Shown piece after piece: positions 37,511-49,193 of a stretch of 64,000 nucleotides of DNA. The position numbers and the translations under genes were made by a program. Where the stretch lies: assembly GCF_963506605.1 (NCBI RefSeq), contig NC_083276.1, positions 73,594,001-73,658,000 on the forward strand. The letters run 5' to 3'. The notes under the pieces were generated by a model. That model was not told the origin of the DNA. It saw nothing but the letters and a program-made list of their open reading frames with translations, and ran no database searches. The stretch comes from Zootoca vivipara. Its lineage: Eukaryota. The stretch's first letter is position 1. Every line of letters begins with the position of its first letter.

Positions 37511-39699
37511 TCATACTCTTATGTACTTTTGACATACTGTATTGCATAGTAATCAGGGTCTGTTGTTAATTATGGCTTAGCTCAGGGGTGAAGAACCTGT
37601 GTGGCCCCTTGGATATTGCTGGCATACAATTCCTGTCAACCCTGAACACTGCTATTGAGGCTAGGGTTGATGGGAGTTAGGAGTCCAATAGCATCTGGAG
37701 GTCCACCCCTTCCTCAGTGATGTAAGCTGACATTCTTACCTTGGAGTAAGTCGCATTGAACTCGGTGGGGGTAGTTTTATGTATTTATTGACTCAATTTG
37801 TATCTCTCACGAGTATGATTCCAGGGAAACTAACAGAGTAGCTAAGTAGGGAGAATGGTATGAAACAACAATCAAAAAGCACAATTTGAAAATTTGTGTT
37901 CTCTTGTTTTAGATGAAACATTTAGGGAGCATGGAAGCCTCTTTTATGCCTTCCCTCTGTGAATATACTAACTGTGTAGATGGGGGAGCAGGATAGTGGC
38001 TGCTGGCTCAGCACCCTGTCTACTGTGTTCATTGGAAGATGTGGAAAGGGGCCTCTATATGCAAATCATTGTATGTGCTCTTCTATGTGATCGGTACTTG
38101 AAGGGATCAGTGTTGTCCCCAGACTATTCCATTTTGTATTACAAAACCCGAACACACAAAGGCAGAGTCAGATGGCATCTGCTGCCACCAGCAGAAGGTA
38201 TGAAAGGAACCTCTATTAACATATACTTGAGGGTTCCTGATCATATGAAAGAGTCATTCACACAAATATATTAGGTGGCTAAACAGTTTTTGGAACCTGC
38301 CATGTCAGATTAGAAGAGGGGACTGCATAGCTGAATGCTTTCCCATACCTGATCTGATCCAGGGGGATCATGATGTTGATTCGATCAATGGTCCACTTCA
38401 GAATCTACAATCCAATGGATTCCATTACAAGGCTTGTGTGCTACCTCTCTTGCCTCCAACTGCATGCTTAGAGCACATATTGAAAACAACATACAAGATG
38501 GCCCGAGGGCTGCGCCCTGTCTCTTTTGCTCCCTCTATTTCTTATTTTCTTTTTGGCTTGTTGCTGCTGCATGCCTTGAACAAACAGTGAATGAGTTCCC
38601 CTAAGAACAGCAGGACTTTCCTTTGCTCCCAGTGGGAATTGTATAGAAGAACACAAGGGCCCCACATGTAAACACAGGAGCATGGGCATACCCAGGGGGG
38701 CAGGGGGCAGCTGCCCCCCCTAGAAGCTAAAAAGGGGAGAGAGAAAGCTCGCAGTGCGCGCTTTTGTCCTTCTCGGTAGGGTACACGATCTTGCCGTAGC
38801 GGGCACAGCGTAAGACCCCAGCGGAAGGCAGACAGACCCCAGCAGACAGACCCCAGCGGAAGGCAATGGTGGGAGTTGACCCATGGTGGGAGTCAGACCC
38901 ATGACTTAAAATCACAGGGCAAATAGAGGTGTGTTGGGCCTCAGACTACTTTTTACAAGGACAGGCTGTTGCTCAGTGCTAACTGAAACTGTTCCCCCAA
39001 ATATATTACAATGTTACAGGTGTATCTGGACCATATCTCTGTTCATGGAAAGACACCCATCCTGCATCAGTCAGCAAAGTACCTCAGACCCTCCTGACCC
39101 TGATTAAACTCCTCTGAGCCCAAAGCAGTTAAGATGTCTGGCACAACACAGCTCAAGAAGAAACAGCTGCACCATATTCTGGTTCCCCCTGAGCTTCCTT
39201 TCAAATAACTTTCGTAACAAATTTCCAAACTGTTTTGCAAATGCCAGTAAGTGTTAAGAAGCAGTTTGAGATTAAGATAGCTGATGTGAAAAAAAGTCTC
39301 TCAGGGGGTAAAAGGATGTTTCGTAAACATCCTCCAGAGCAAAAGCCTGTCTCACCAAAACAGTTATAGGTAAGTTGTGGCATAGTGAACTTTAACCTTT
39401 AAGACAGGGGTCGGCAAACTAAGGCCTGGGGCCTGCATCTGGCCCAATTGCCTTGTGCATCCGGCCTGGGAATTGTAACCTTTAAGATGTTCTCTCCAAG
39501 GCTTTCAAGAGTTCCAGTGAGTGTGGTGACTTTAAATCTAAACTGATGAGCTAAATAAATGTTGTAAAGTAATAAGATTTTGTAAGCAACAACCTTATAT
39601 TAAGGGGTGCAGCAATAAAACTTCTAGAAGTTTTTTGCAAAACCTAAAGAAAGGCCAGTATGGTTTCAAATTGGATGGGGGACCGCATGTTGAGATCAG

Positions 39700-39757
39700 G
39701 AGATTGGACAAATGACCCTCAGGGTACCTTCCAACTTTCTATGATTCTGCTATTCTA
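39700..39757 (+). mobile_element. CR1-type 3' tail fragment
   Basis: TTGGACAAATGACCCTCAGGGTACCTTCCAACTTTCTATGATTCT. Confidence 0.65.
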
Positions 39758-39918
39758 AGTGCTTTTGCTGTTTGGAATGCTCCTTTTTATTACAAATCAG
39801 GCATCTTTCACTTGAAATCATTACTGTCTTCATATTAATAATGAAATGTCCTTTTTGGTGACGCTTATGCTAACTTCATTTATTTAGAAAACGCTATAGG
39901 AAAATTAGAAAAAAAATA

Positions 39919-40270
39919 GGGACCCAGGTGGCGCTGTGGGTTAAACCACTGAGCCTAGGGCTTGCTGATCAGAAGGTTGGCGGTTCGAATCCCTGTGACG
40001 GGGTGAGCTCCCATTGCTTGGTCCCAGCTCCTGCCAACCTAGCAGTTTGAAAGCACATCAAAATGCAAGTAGATAAATAGGAACCACTACAGCGGGAAGG
40101 TAAACGGCGTTTCTGTGTGCTGCTCTGGTTCGCCAGAAGTGGCTTTGTCATGCTGGCCACATGACCTGGAAGCTATACGCCGGCTCCCTCGGCCAATAAT
40201 GCGAGATGAGCGCGCAACCCCAGAGTCGGTCACGACTGGACCTAATGGTCAGGGGTCCCTTTACCTTTAC
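39919..40270 (+). mobile_element. Full-length Sauria (Squam1) SINE
   Basis: tRNA-like head with A box (TGGCGCTGTGG) and B box (GGTTCGAATCC); (ACCTTT)n tail; 14-bp TSD CTATAGGAAAATTA (39894-39907, 40271-40284). Confidence 0.96.
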
Positions 40271-41949
40271 CTATAGGAAAATTATAGAATGTTCTATCGG
40301 ATTACAAGCTGTGAAATACCAAGGAAAATAAGCAGCACATTGTTTAACCATCTCGATCAAGCAGTTGATACAAGGAATGTACATCCACTTTGGACGAGGC
40401 CTAAATATTGAACGACAGCAGGCAACTCTGGACGTATCAGGACCTCCTCCCAAGAGAACCTGCTCTTTTCACCACTGGACTGCAGTGAAGCAGACTGGTC
40501 CCAAAGCTTCGGATCCCCTTTAGAGCTTCACAGAGTATGAGGACAACTGAATGTGTGCTTTCAGCTTGCAAACGAAAAGTAAAAATTTCATTCAAAAATG
40601 TTTAGGAGAAATTAGCAGCAAATGCTGAAATTTTTTAATGAGGGTTTTGAAAAAGAAACCCCCCCAAATTGCTGCAGAAATGTAGAGAACCAAAATTAAG
40701 AGTGGGGGGGGGGAATCCAAGAGAACCAAAATTAGTGGATTTTTCTACCCCTCGTATGGGGACAGCTGTCCAAGGAGGAAAATAAAAGCTGTATCCCTCC
40801 CCCCAAATGAAAGGGGAGGGTGGAAGGTGAGCCCCATTGAGGCCCTTATAGTCCCAAGGGCTAGGCTTCCCCCAGTTGTGATTGGGATTGCAACCTCCCC
40901 AATCACCCTGCAAGTCAATGGGGAATGGGGAATCTCTATAGACTTGCACGGAGGAAAAGACAGGTGCATGCATCCTCCAGAATGGCTGGTAAGGGAGAAA
41001 AGTGCATCTTCTCTCCAAGGACTCTTGGGGCAACAGATTATTCTGTGGCTAGGCTGGAGTTTCCTCCCTCCTGTTTTCAGATTGCAACCATTATTTTCCC
41101 TTTTTGAACAGCTGCCTCAGTGAATGCCTTCCTGGCTTGCACTGACAGAAGTGCAGAATAGATTTGTACACAAGAGGTTTGGAGTTAGTAAAACAGTTCT
41201 TAGTGGCAGCAAAAAATAGTGATAACTCATTATAAAAAGAAGCTTTTTCCACCACTATTTCTGTTTTGATTGTTTTGAGTTAGGAATACAACAGGCATTG
41301 AAAATACCACATTTCAACATAAGCAGATTTGAGAGGCATGAACAAGGCATGGCAAATTTATGCAAGATGGGCAATATTTGCAATATGTTGAAATGAGAAA
41401 AATAACAATGGAATTAGATACTTCATACATGTCTCATTATTTTTTATCATTTTATGAACAATTTGTTCAGGACTTATGCATTATTAATATTGTTGATCAA
41501 TGTGATTGCCAGACACATTTATCTACTTATCAGACGCCATGAGATTGGACACCTGATTTTATTTATAGCTTGGTGGCCATTTCAAGGGATACATTTGGAA
41601 CTGTAACTGTAAGACTTTTCATTTCTTCTTCATATATAAAACACTTATATGAGCATGATTTTTAAAATCAGAACAAGCCTGAATTGTCTCATCAAACTCA
41701 AGAGTATCTATGCCACCATAGAGCTCAAATATGTTCACCAATCAGAATTATTATTATGCTTTACCAGTGTATGAGTAGAACACTGGACTCAATGGGCCAG
41801 CATGTTTCCTCCTATGTTCTTATGAGTTGAACTGTCATTCTCTGTCTATATCCAAGGGCATTATTTCATCAGATAACTTGTTGAATGTATCTGTTGGTAT
41901 TTTAAGCATTTTTGTTTTGTTTTTGTCTTTAAATATTTTGTCACAAGTC

Positions 41950-44340
41950 TCAAACATTAGTAAGCACGATTGCCAGACCCTCCTTGTCAATCTGTGAGTA
42001 GTTTCGTTCGGCTGCAGCAAGCGTCTGGGAGAAGTATGCCACCGGCACCTCTCTTCCATCCGGGAGTTGGTGTCCCAGGACAGCGCCGATGCCATAGGGA
42101 GAGGCGTCGCATGCCAGCACCACTGGCAGCCTCTCGTCGAAGTGTGCCAAGACCGAGTTCGAGACGAGCAAGTCCTTGACTGCCTGGAATGCGGCCCTTT
42201 GTTGCTGGCCCCACACCCAAGGGGCCCTTTTATCTAGGAGTCTGTGTAGGGGCTCCGCTACCGCTGCCTTATGCGGAAGAAAGGCATGGTAAAAGTTCAA
42301 TAGTCCCAAGAATGACTGAAGTTCGGGCTTGCTCTTGGGCGCTGGGGCCTCACAAATGGCCCGTACCTTGTCACCGGTTGGATGGACCCCTTCTGCGTCC
42401 ACCTTAAATCCCAGAAAGTCCACCTGCGGCACTCCCAGTAAACACTTTTCCCGCTTCACCTTGAGGCCCGCCGTCTGGAAACGGTGCAGGACGGAGCGGA
42501 GGCGGTCCTCAAATTCCTCTGGTGTGGGCCCGGCGATCAGTACATCATCGAAGAAGGGGGTGACGCCAGGAATCCCTTTAAGGAGAGAGTCCATTAGATT
42601 CTGGAATATGCCTGGTGCCACGCTAACGCCAAATTGCAGCCGCTTTACTCTGAATGCCCCTCTGTGCGTCACAATCGTCTGAGCCTCTGCTGTGGCTTCG
42701 TCCACAGGCAACTGTTGATACGCTTGGGCCAAGTCCAGTTTGCCAAAGATTTTTGACCCAGCCAGGGTGGCGAGGACATGGCTGACCACTGGCACTGGGT
42801 ATGCATGGGCCGTGAGAGCCTTGTTTATGGTGCATTTGTAGTCTGCACAGATGCGGACCGAACCGTTAGGCTTGACGGGTGTGACAATTGGAGTTTCCCA
42901 GGGGGCGTTGGGCACCGGCTCCAGCACTCCTTGCTCCACGAGTCGGTCCAATTCCTCGTCTATGCGGGGTTTCAGGGCGAACGGGACCCGGCGGGCCTTG
43001 TGCCTGATGGGTCGTACCGCGGGGTCTAGCTGTAGGGCAATGGGGGGTCCTGTATATTGTCCCAATGCCCCATCGAAAACCCCTGGAAACTCTTTGCATA
43101 TGGCGTCCACGTCCACTTGTAAGCTAGTGCGGTTCACCCCGGTAACGGCTAGCCCCAGAGGTCCAAACCATGCCAGTCCCAGTAAGCTAACGTAGGGGCC
43201 CTTAACTACCAGCAAGTCCAATTGTTGCTTTCGCCCTCGATATTGCACCCTGAAGGTCCCCACCCCCATTGTAGGGACCTTACGTTTCTGGAAGTCCCGG
43301 AGGGTGAATGGGGCCGGCCTTAGTTTGGGACCCCCATTAGGGCACAGTTCCCTTAATGTTCGGGCCGAGATTATGGATAGAGTTGAACCTGTGTCCAGCT
43401 CCATGCAGCATGGGGCTCCCTCTATCTGTACCTCTATATAAATTTTCTCTGTGCTGGGATGGGGCAACTGGAATACCTGGTAGTCCGTGATCTCCGTCGA
43501 GTTGCCTTGGTGCATGGTGCCGTGTGACCTGGGGCTCCTGGGTCGGTCATCTGATGCTTGTCGACGGGTGAGTCGAGCCCGACACACCCGGGCGATGTGT
43601 CCCAATTTTCTGCACTGCCTGCACTCTGCGTTGCGGAAACGACAGGTCCTCCTCTCGTGGTTCTCCCCGCAGCTTGCACAGTTCCCTCCTTCTCGTCGAG
43701 GCTGCTGTGGTGTGTGTGCTGCTTGAGTGCGCCGCTGTACTCGGTGTACTTCCTCCCTGTCAGATTTGGATTCGTCGGTGAGGTCTTCATGGTAGACCCT
43801 CGGTTGGGATGGCGGGGCCGGTCGTGCCTCTTGCGTTGACCTCTCGGCGGCTTCGGTTGCCAGGGCTTCCTCCAGAGCAATCTGGAACGTGAGGTCTTTT
43901 TTGGCGTAGAGGCGTCGTTGCAACATCTCGTCCCTCAGGCCACCGACGAGGCGGTCACGAAGCATGTTCTCCAACTCTGAGAAGTTGCAAAGCAGGGCGG
44001 CTTGGCGGAGGGAGGTCACAAACCCAGTTATGGTTTCCCCCGGGGCTTGCCGCTTTGCGTAGAAGGCATTTCGGCAAGCTACCACCGAGGGCTGTGGTGA
44101 GAAGTGTTCCTTCAGCCGTTCCATTATTGTTTTGTAAGAGACGGTAGCGACATCTCTAGGTGCAAGGAGAGCCCGGGCGATTTCAAACGTCTCCTCTCCA
44201 CAGACGCTGAAGAATGTCGCCCTCTTCATGGCATCGTTGGTGACTTCTTTCGCTTGCAGGAGGAAGTTGAAACGGGCGGCGTACCCTTCCCAGTCTCCTG
44301 ATGCTGGTTTGAATGGCGAGAAGCTGCTGTCGGTTGCCAT
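41950..44340 (-). CDS. Ty3/Gypsy gag-pol polyprotein, 796 aa, open but truncated within RNase H (no integrase)
   Basis: Zinc knuckles CASCGENHERRTC and CRQCRKLGHIARVC; protease LDTGS; RT motifs VRICADYK, KLDLAQAY, LQFGVSVAPGIFQ and FFDD; RNase H ACDASPYGIGAVL and ERNYSQIDKEGLAIV, followed by non-element residues LTNV and a stop. Confidence 0.97.
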   Translation of the reverse strand: MATDSSFSPFKPASGDWEGYAARFNFLLQAKEVTNDAMKRATFFSVCGEETFEIARALLAPRDVATVSYKTIMERLKEHFSPQPSVVACRNAFYAKRQAPGETITGFVTSLRQAALLCNFSELENMLRDRLVGGLRDEMLQRRLYAKKDLTFQIALEEALATEAAERSTQEARPAPPSQPRVYHEDLTDESKSDREEVHRVQRRTQAAHTPQQPRREGGNCASCGENHERRTCRFRNAECRQCRKLGHIARVCRARLTRRQASDDRPRSPRSHGTMHQGNSTEITDYQVFQLPHPSTEKIYIEVQIEGAPCCMELDTGSTLSIISARTLRELCPNGGPKLRPAPFTLRDFQKRKVPTMGVGTFRVQYRGRKQQLDLLVVKGPYVSLLGLAWFGPLGLAVTGVNRTSLQVDVDAICKEFPGVFDGALGQYTGPPIALQLDPAVRPIRHKARRVPFALKPRIDEELDRLVEQGVLEPVPNAPWETPIVTPVKPNGSVRICADYKCTINKALTAHAYPVPVVSHVLATLAGSKIFGKLDLAQAYQQLPVDEATAEAQTIVTHRGAFRVKRLQFGVSVAPGIFQNLMDSLLKGIPGVTPFFDDVLIAGPTPEEFEDRLRSVLHRFQTAGLKVKREKCLLGVPQVDFLGFKVDAEGVHPTGDKVRAICEAPAPKSKPELQSFLGLLNFYHAFLPHKAAVAEPLHRLLDKRAPWVWGQQQRAAFQAVKDLLVSNSVLAHFDERLPVVLACDASPYGIGAVLGHQLPDGREVPVAYFSQTLAAAERNYSQIDKEGLAIVLTNV

Positions 44341-44449
44341 TCTGGGTTCCTTGGGTCCTGGAGCTGAAGCCTGGATGCACGGTGCGATGCAGCGGTGCAG
44401 CAGGTGGCGGTGCTGCGGTGCAGTGCGTGGTGGCGGTCAGCTCAGCAGG

Positions 44450-44467
44450 ATCCCACCTTCGTCGCCA
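44450..44467 (-). promoter_or_regulatory. Primer-binding site complementary to tRNA-Ser(GCT) 3' end
   Basis: Minus strand TGGCGACGAAGGTGGGAT lies one base after the LTR end; plus strand ATCCCACCTTCGTCGCCA resembles the vertebrate tRNA-Ser(GCT) 3' end plus CCA. Confidence 0.85.
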
Positions 44468-44468
44468 G

Positions 44469-44844
44469 TGAAATGTACTCGGAGTCGAGAGTGAATTTCA
44501 TGCTCTTTATTCAGCTCATAGTCATCAAGGAGAAGAGGAGAAGAAGAATGGCTCTTTTCCCAAAACCATCTGCTTATATACATTATTTACACAATGGGCC
44601 TTGCGTGATTGGCTACTTCAGGGCTACACCTGTGGGCCAATTATATTGTGGATTGACTTCTGCCTGCAGCCTGATTGGCTGCTCCTACAGGCCAATCAGG
44701 TAGCAGATTCACTTCTGCCAGCCGCCTGATTGGCTGCTCCAGCAGGCCAATCAGGTTGCGGATTCACTTCCACCTGGAGTTGGATTGGGTAGCTCCCGCT
44801 GTTTCTGAATCCTATTGTTCTAGGATTCAGCTCAGTACATAACA
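44469..44844 (-). mobile_element. Gypsy 5' LTR (376 bp)
   Basis: Minus-strand termini TGTTATGTACT...AGTACATTTCA; CCAAT boxes 44608-44751, TATATAA 44574-44580, AATAAA 44506-44511, in U3-to-R order. Confidence 0.92.
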
Positions 44845-46635
44845 GTATTCATAGAATTTCCTCTGCAATCTCCACATTATCTTTAACAGCGGCCATTGCT
44901 CTGGAATCATTTATATTTTCAATCTATTAAGCAACAGCAGAGGTACCAGAAAGGTTTAGTAACAGTAGTGGGGTTTCTCTTTGGGATGTGCTTATTAGCT
45001 TATCTATATGACCTCATTATGGCACTGTGCCATCCTGACAAGTGTAGGCTGTCATCAATAAACCTGATACCACCAGTATATTATGGGTCAATCTCAGGAG
45101 ATATGAATCCGAAGGGAATTAACTCTAACAAAAACTGATTGGGACCCCATCAGCTGGTAAGTGGGCAGTCCAACCAAGATTGCTTTGGATTTTTTTTTTA
45201 TGGGTGTCTGTTCTCTGTATTGGCATGAATGGTCAAGAGCTGTGGAAGTTTGTGTTGACCAGGATTTTGCAGCAGAACATGGAGAAGACATTAGTCAATG
45301 CTTTCACCCAGAGTAGTGCCTCAAACCCACAATCTTAAGACAGCTGGTTGCCAAACAGTATGATGTATCTAGGCACAGGACTCAAATTACATAATATACA
45401 GTATAGGTTTTTCATGTCTTCTCATGTGGGTGTGTATAAATCCAAAATCAACCTGGGTGGACTGTGAGTTTAGGTAGAGGAAGGCTGGATGGAGAGAGGC
45501 TACTCAAACATCCCCTCTCTATTTTCATGCTCTAATCCACCTTCCCTAAGTTCCCCCCCCCCACTCACCATCCATGTTGAGAAAGATATAGGGGTGCATG
45601 TGGCTTCTAAAGAAAAGTCATATATTACAGACACATGAAAAGGAAGAGGGAGAAGATGTGGAGGCTACGATTTGTAGGGAAAGGACCTTGAGAAGATATG
45701 ATGGAATGAAAGATACCTTTCCCAAACATTAAACAGAGCGGGTCACAAAAGTTGCTCCTTTCTCAAGGCACTCTGTCGTCTAGGCCCGGACCCCTACTTG
45801 ACCATGCCTATCAGACAGCCACAACCTATCTGCTTGCCACTGGATTCTTGTGCCTCTAGGGTCTAGCCTAGCATGACTACTGCCCAGCATCTTGACAATG
45901 ACCAAGATCTGCCCTCATTTTTTCTTGTTTACCAGGAATAGTGATCATTTATCAGGTGTTCTGGCACAAAAATTTCTGACCTCTGTTGGTAAAAGTCAAG
46001 ACCAACTGAAAGCCCAACAATGCTTAACCCATCTTCATTTCCATCTTTTATCAATAAAATACAGGATCTAGCATGTTTCAGAGATGAATATTAAACATAA
46101 GACTCATGACTCAAATATTCCCCACATTCTCTGCTGGCTCACCAAGTGCCTTCAATATATGACTCATTTTCACCCTTGTTTTCATCATTTACTGGTAAGT
46201 GTTGGTTTCTGTCATGACAGATTGGCAACCTCATGCCAGAGGCAATGGTGCAACATGGAGGCTCATATAGTTCACAGGGCACATTTGTCAGAGGTGATTC
46301 TTGCGAAGCATTATTTATATAACACAGTATCCCATGCTTGATGCCTGCAGGGCACAAGTGCCTCAAGTCTGAATATTGATACCTTCCTCAAAAATCAGAG
46401 ATGAAGAGATGTGTGAAGATGGAGTAGAGAAAGGAATTAGAAAGGGGAGATTGCTTGCAAAAATATGTATATTGGATAAAATTCCATACAAAAATGTGTA
46501 TATTAGGCGAGAGACACACTAAAATGCTGACAAATGTTCCTGATAATATATATTTTTTAAAATTCACACACAAAAAATGGAAGATTGGGAAAATTTGAAA
46601 CTGAGGAAGTGAAATTTACAGATTCATTCATTCCT

Positions 46636-46830
46636 AATCATGTTCCCCACCCCACTAGCTCCCTTCTTTCTAAACTAAAAAGCCCGAAACATAGACTTTT
46701 CTCATAAAGGAGTTGCTCCAATCCCTTGATTATTTTGGTTGCCCTTTTCTGAATCTTTCCCAGCTTCACAATAGCTTTTTGAGATATGGCATGGCCAGAA
46801 CTCTGCACTGTAATCCAAGGGCACTGCATT
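46636..46830 (-). mobile_element. Degraded CR1 ORF2 fragment
   Basis: Translation IVKLGKIQKRATKIIKGLEQLLYEKSL...FGLFSLERR. Confidence 0.8.
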
Positions 46831-47689
46831 GTAGAAAGGCATAGACAAGGTGCGAGAAGAATGTAAATTGGGATCTATGGGTGGTCCATGTTGAGTAGAT
46901 CGAGAAGGATTTCTGACTCTCAATTGTTAAATAGTAACAGCAGTGGATCCTTAGCCTGGAATGTCTGTGAGCTCAGCTGGTGCTCAAAACAAACCCATTT
47001 GCTCAACAGCTGCTGAGAGGCAGTATACTCTTTCATGCTAAGTATGTGTCTTTTGCACCTGGATCCCGCTGGAGGATCTTGGGATTCTAGTAAAACACCA
47101 AGTAGACTCTATTAGCCCGAAGTCTACCTTCCTCTGGGATAGAGATCAGGAAGAAGTGATGGACTTTCCCCTTTTGCTGTCAGCCACATGAGCAGTGAAA
47201 TCTCAGCTTGGATCTCAGTCTGTTGACACAAGTCAGGTGTACTTGCATGCAATGCTGGAAACAATGTACATGTTCTGTTCATAGTGGTTTCTTTGCAAGC
47301 AATGCAACTTCTTGGCCGGGCAACTGAATATACAACATCCACAGTTCCCTTATCTGCTATGTAACCATCCTGGTCTGAAGACATCATGTACTTGTCTATC
47401 CCTGCTCTGATAAAAATAAAGCATATAAAATACAAATACATACACAAACTATCCCAGGCCAAAAATGCTCTCAGGAGAACACACTGTGACTAGATAAGAA
47501 GGGGCAGGCTGGCACGTAGCTAGCTACCTTTTTGTATGCTGATGTCAATAGGACTATCAGCAAGAGGGAGGGGCCAATTCAGTTTACAGGAGCACCAAAT
47601 TGTGGATCCGGACTGAGGAATAGTAAAGGGAAAGATTGCTTATAGACAAAACAGTGAGGTGACCTCATTGAAAGGTTATAGGTTTAATT

Positions 47690-47907
47690 CAGGCATGTCC
47701 AAAGTCCATTTCGGGGGTTTAATCCTGCCCTCCGGTCGGTTTAATCTGGCCCCTGGGGCAATTTATTTCCTGGGGTAAAATCCTTAAAAAAAGTTCAACA
47801 TCAAGCCTCAAAAAAGGTCAACAACCTTGGTTGGCCTTTTGGTGGGCTCTCACAGCCCTTCACGTCATCAAATCTGGCCCTCTTTGAAAAAAGTATGGAT
47901 GCCACTG
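47690..47907. mobile_element. hAT (Charlie/Buster-like) MITE
   Basis: Perfect TSD GTTTAATT (47682-47689, 47908-47915); ends CAGGCATGTCCA / TGGATGCCACTG. Confidence 0.85.
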
Positions 47908-48449
47908 GTTTAATTAGTAGATTAATCAACCAAACCTTTAGTTGGTTAACTGTCTAGGATCAATAGCAGGCAATTTGAAGTTGCAGGGTGAGCTATCTGC
48001 ACCTCTGCTAATTGAATCCAATTTCTTTGAGTTGGATCTACAACCCTATGGTACCTGTCTACTTCGAAATAAGTCTCATTGAGTTAAGTGGGCACAGAAT
48101 GCCAACCTAAGTTATTTGTAATTGAACTGAAATAAATGCAAAAAGGTAAACATGATTTCTATCCTATTGATTTCAATTGGAATCAAGAAGAACTAAGGCT
48201 ATTAGCTATGCCTCCATATAGCATTGCCCTCCCTGCCTTCAACCCTACCAGCTGCCAGGACCAACAACATTAAGGTTGCCATATTCCCAAGAGTGAAAAT
48301 CTGGGTGGGTTTTTTTTTAGTTTTTTTCCTTAGATTTTTTAAAATAAAAATACCTCAACTGGCCATAGGTTTTTCTACAATGTTTGATCATAGGCAGACA
48401 AGTTTCACTTTCTCTTGCAGTGCTGTGATGCCCCAGAGGGCTGGATATA

Positions 48450-48951
48450 CAGTGGAACCTTGGTTCCCAACTTAATCCATTCCGTAAGTCCATTCCAAAA
48501 CCAAAGTAATGCAAAATGGATTAATCCATTCCAGACTTTTAAAAACAACTCCTAAAAGACCAATTTAACATGAATTTTACTATCTATTGAGACCATTGAT
48601 CCATAAAATGAAAGCTATAAATGATGTGACTGCAGTTCATAGCTGCCAAGTTATTCCTTTTTTTAAGGGATTTTCCCTTATGCTGAATAGGCTTCCTCGC
48701 ATGAAAAGGGAAAACTTGGCAGCTATGCTGCAGTTACACAATCAATCAGCAGCTCAACTGGGTTCCACACAGACCTCAGTGTAACACTCAAAACTGAAGT
48801 GTGGCACTCAAATCGGAAGCGTAACTCTCAAAACGGAGCACATTCAGCTTCCAAAAAAAGTTCGCACACCGGAACACTTACTTCCGGGTTTGCAGTGTTT
48901 GGGTTCCAAGTTGTTTGAGTACCAAGGTGTTTCAGAACCAAGGTACCACGG
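48450..48951. mobile_element. Tc1-mariner (Tigger/pogo-like) non-autonomous element
   Basis: TA flanks; TIRs CAGTGGAACCTTGGTT / AACCAAGGTACCACGG; inverted sister copy at 53165-53682. Confidence 0.88.
48638..48727. mobile_element. 90-bp hAT MITE nested in the Tigger-like element
   Basis: Perfect 15-bp TIR CATAGCTGCCAAGTT; perfect TSD CTGCAGTT (48630-48637, 48728-48735); absent from the sister copy. Confidence 0.93.
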
Positions 48952-49193
48952 TATAAGTCTTTTAAATATATATATATATATACTGCAATACTTTAATAAA
49001 TGTGCATTTTATTCAGAAAATTGTGATATGAGCGCAACTGCTGAAAATGCTTGAGAAAAATTCGGCGTCAAAAGAAGGTAGATGCATTCCACTATTCCTT
49101 TTTTTAAAAAGGCTTATTCCCAGGTAAATGGTTTTAGGATTGTAGCGTTAATCTGCTTCCCACTGCAAATTATTTTAAAGGAATAGTGCAATG

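Larger units (their letters stand above)
41965..44844 (-). mobile_element. Gypsy LTR retrotransposon, 5' half (LTR, PBS, gag-pro-RT, partial RNase H)
   Basis: Contiguous LTR, PBS and ORF; CpG-rich relative to flanks; no second LTR in the window. Confidence 0.95.

Noticed and set aside
39921-39936. CTCF-like motif in the Sauria SINE head (CCAGGTGGCGCTG)
   Set aside because: The 5' part of the motif mismatches, it overlaps the Pol III A box, and it differs in the 52513-52861 copy.
47124-47462. 112-aa minus-strand ORF with an acceptor-like site near 47408
   Set aside because: No recognisable domain and no partner exons; cannot be supported as coding.
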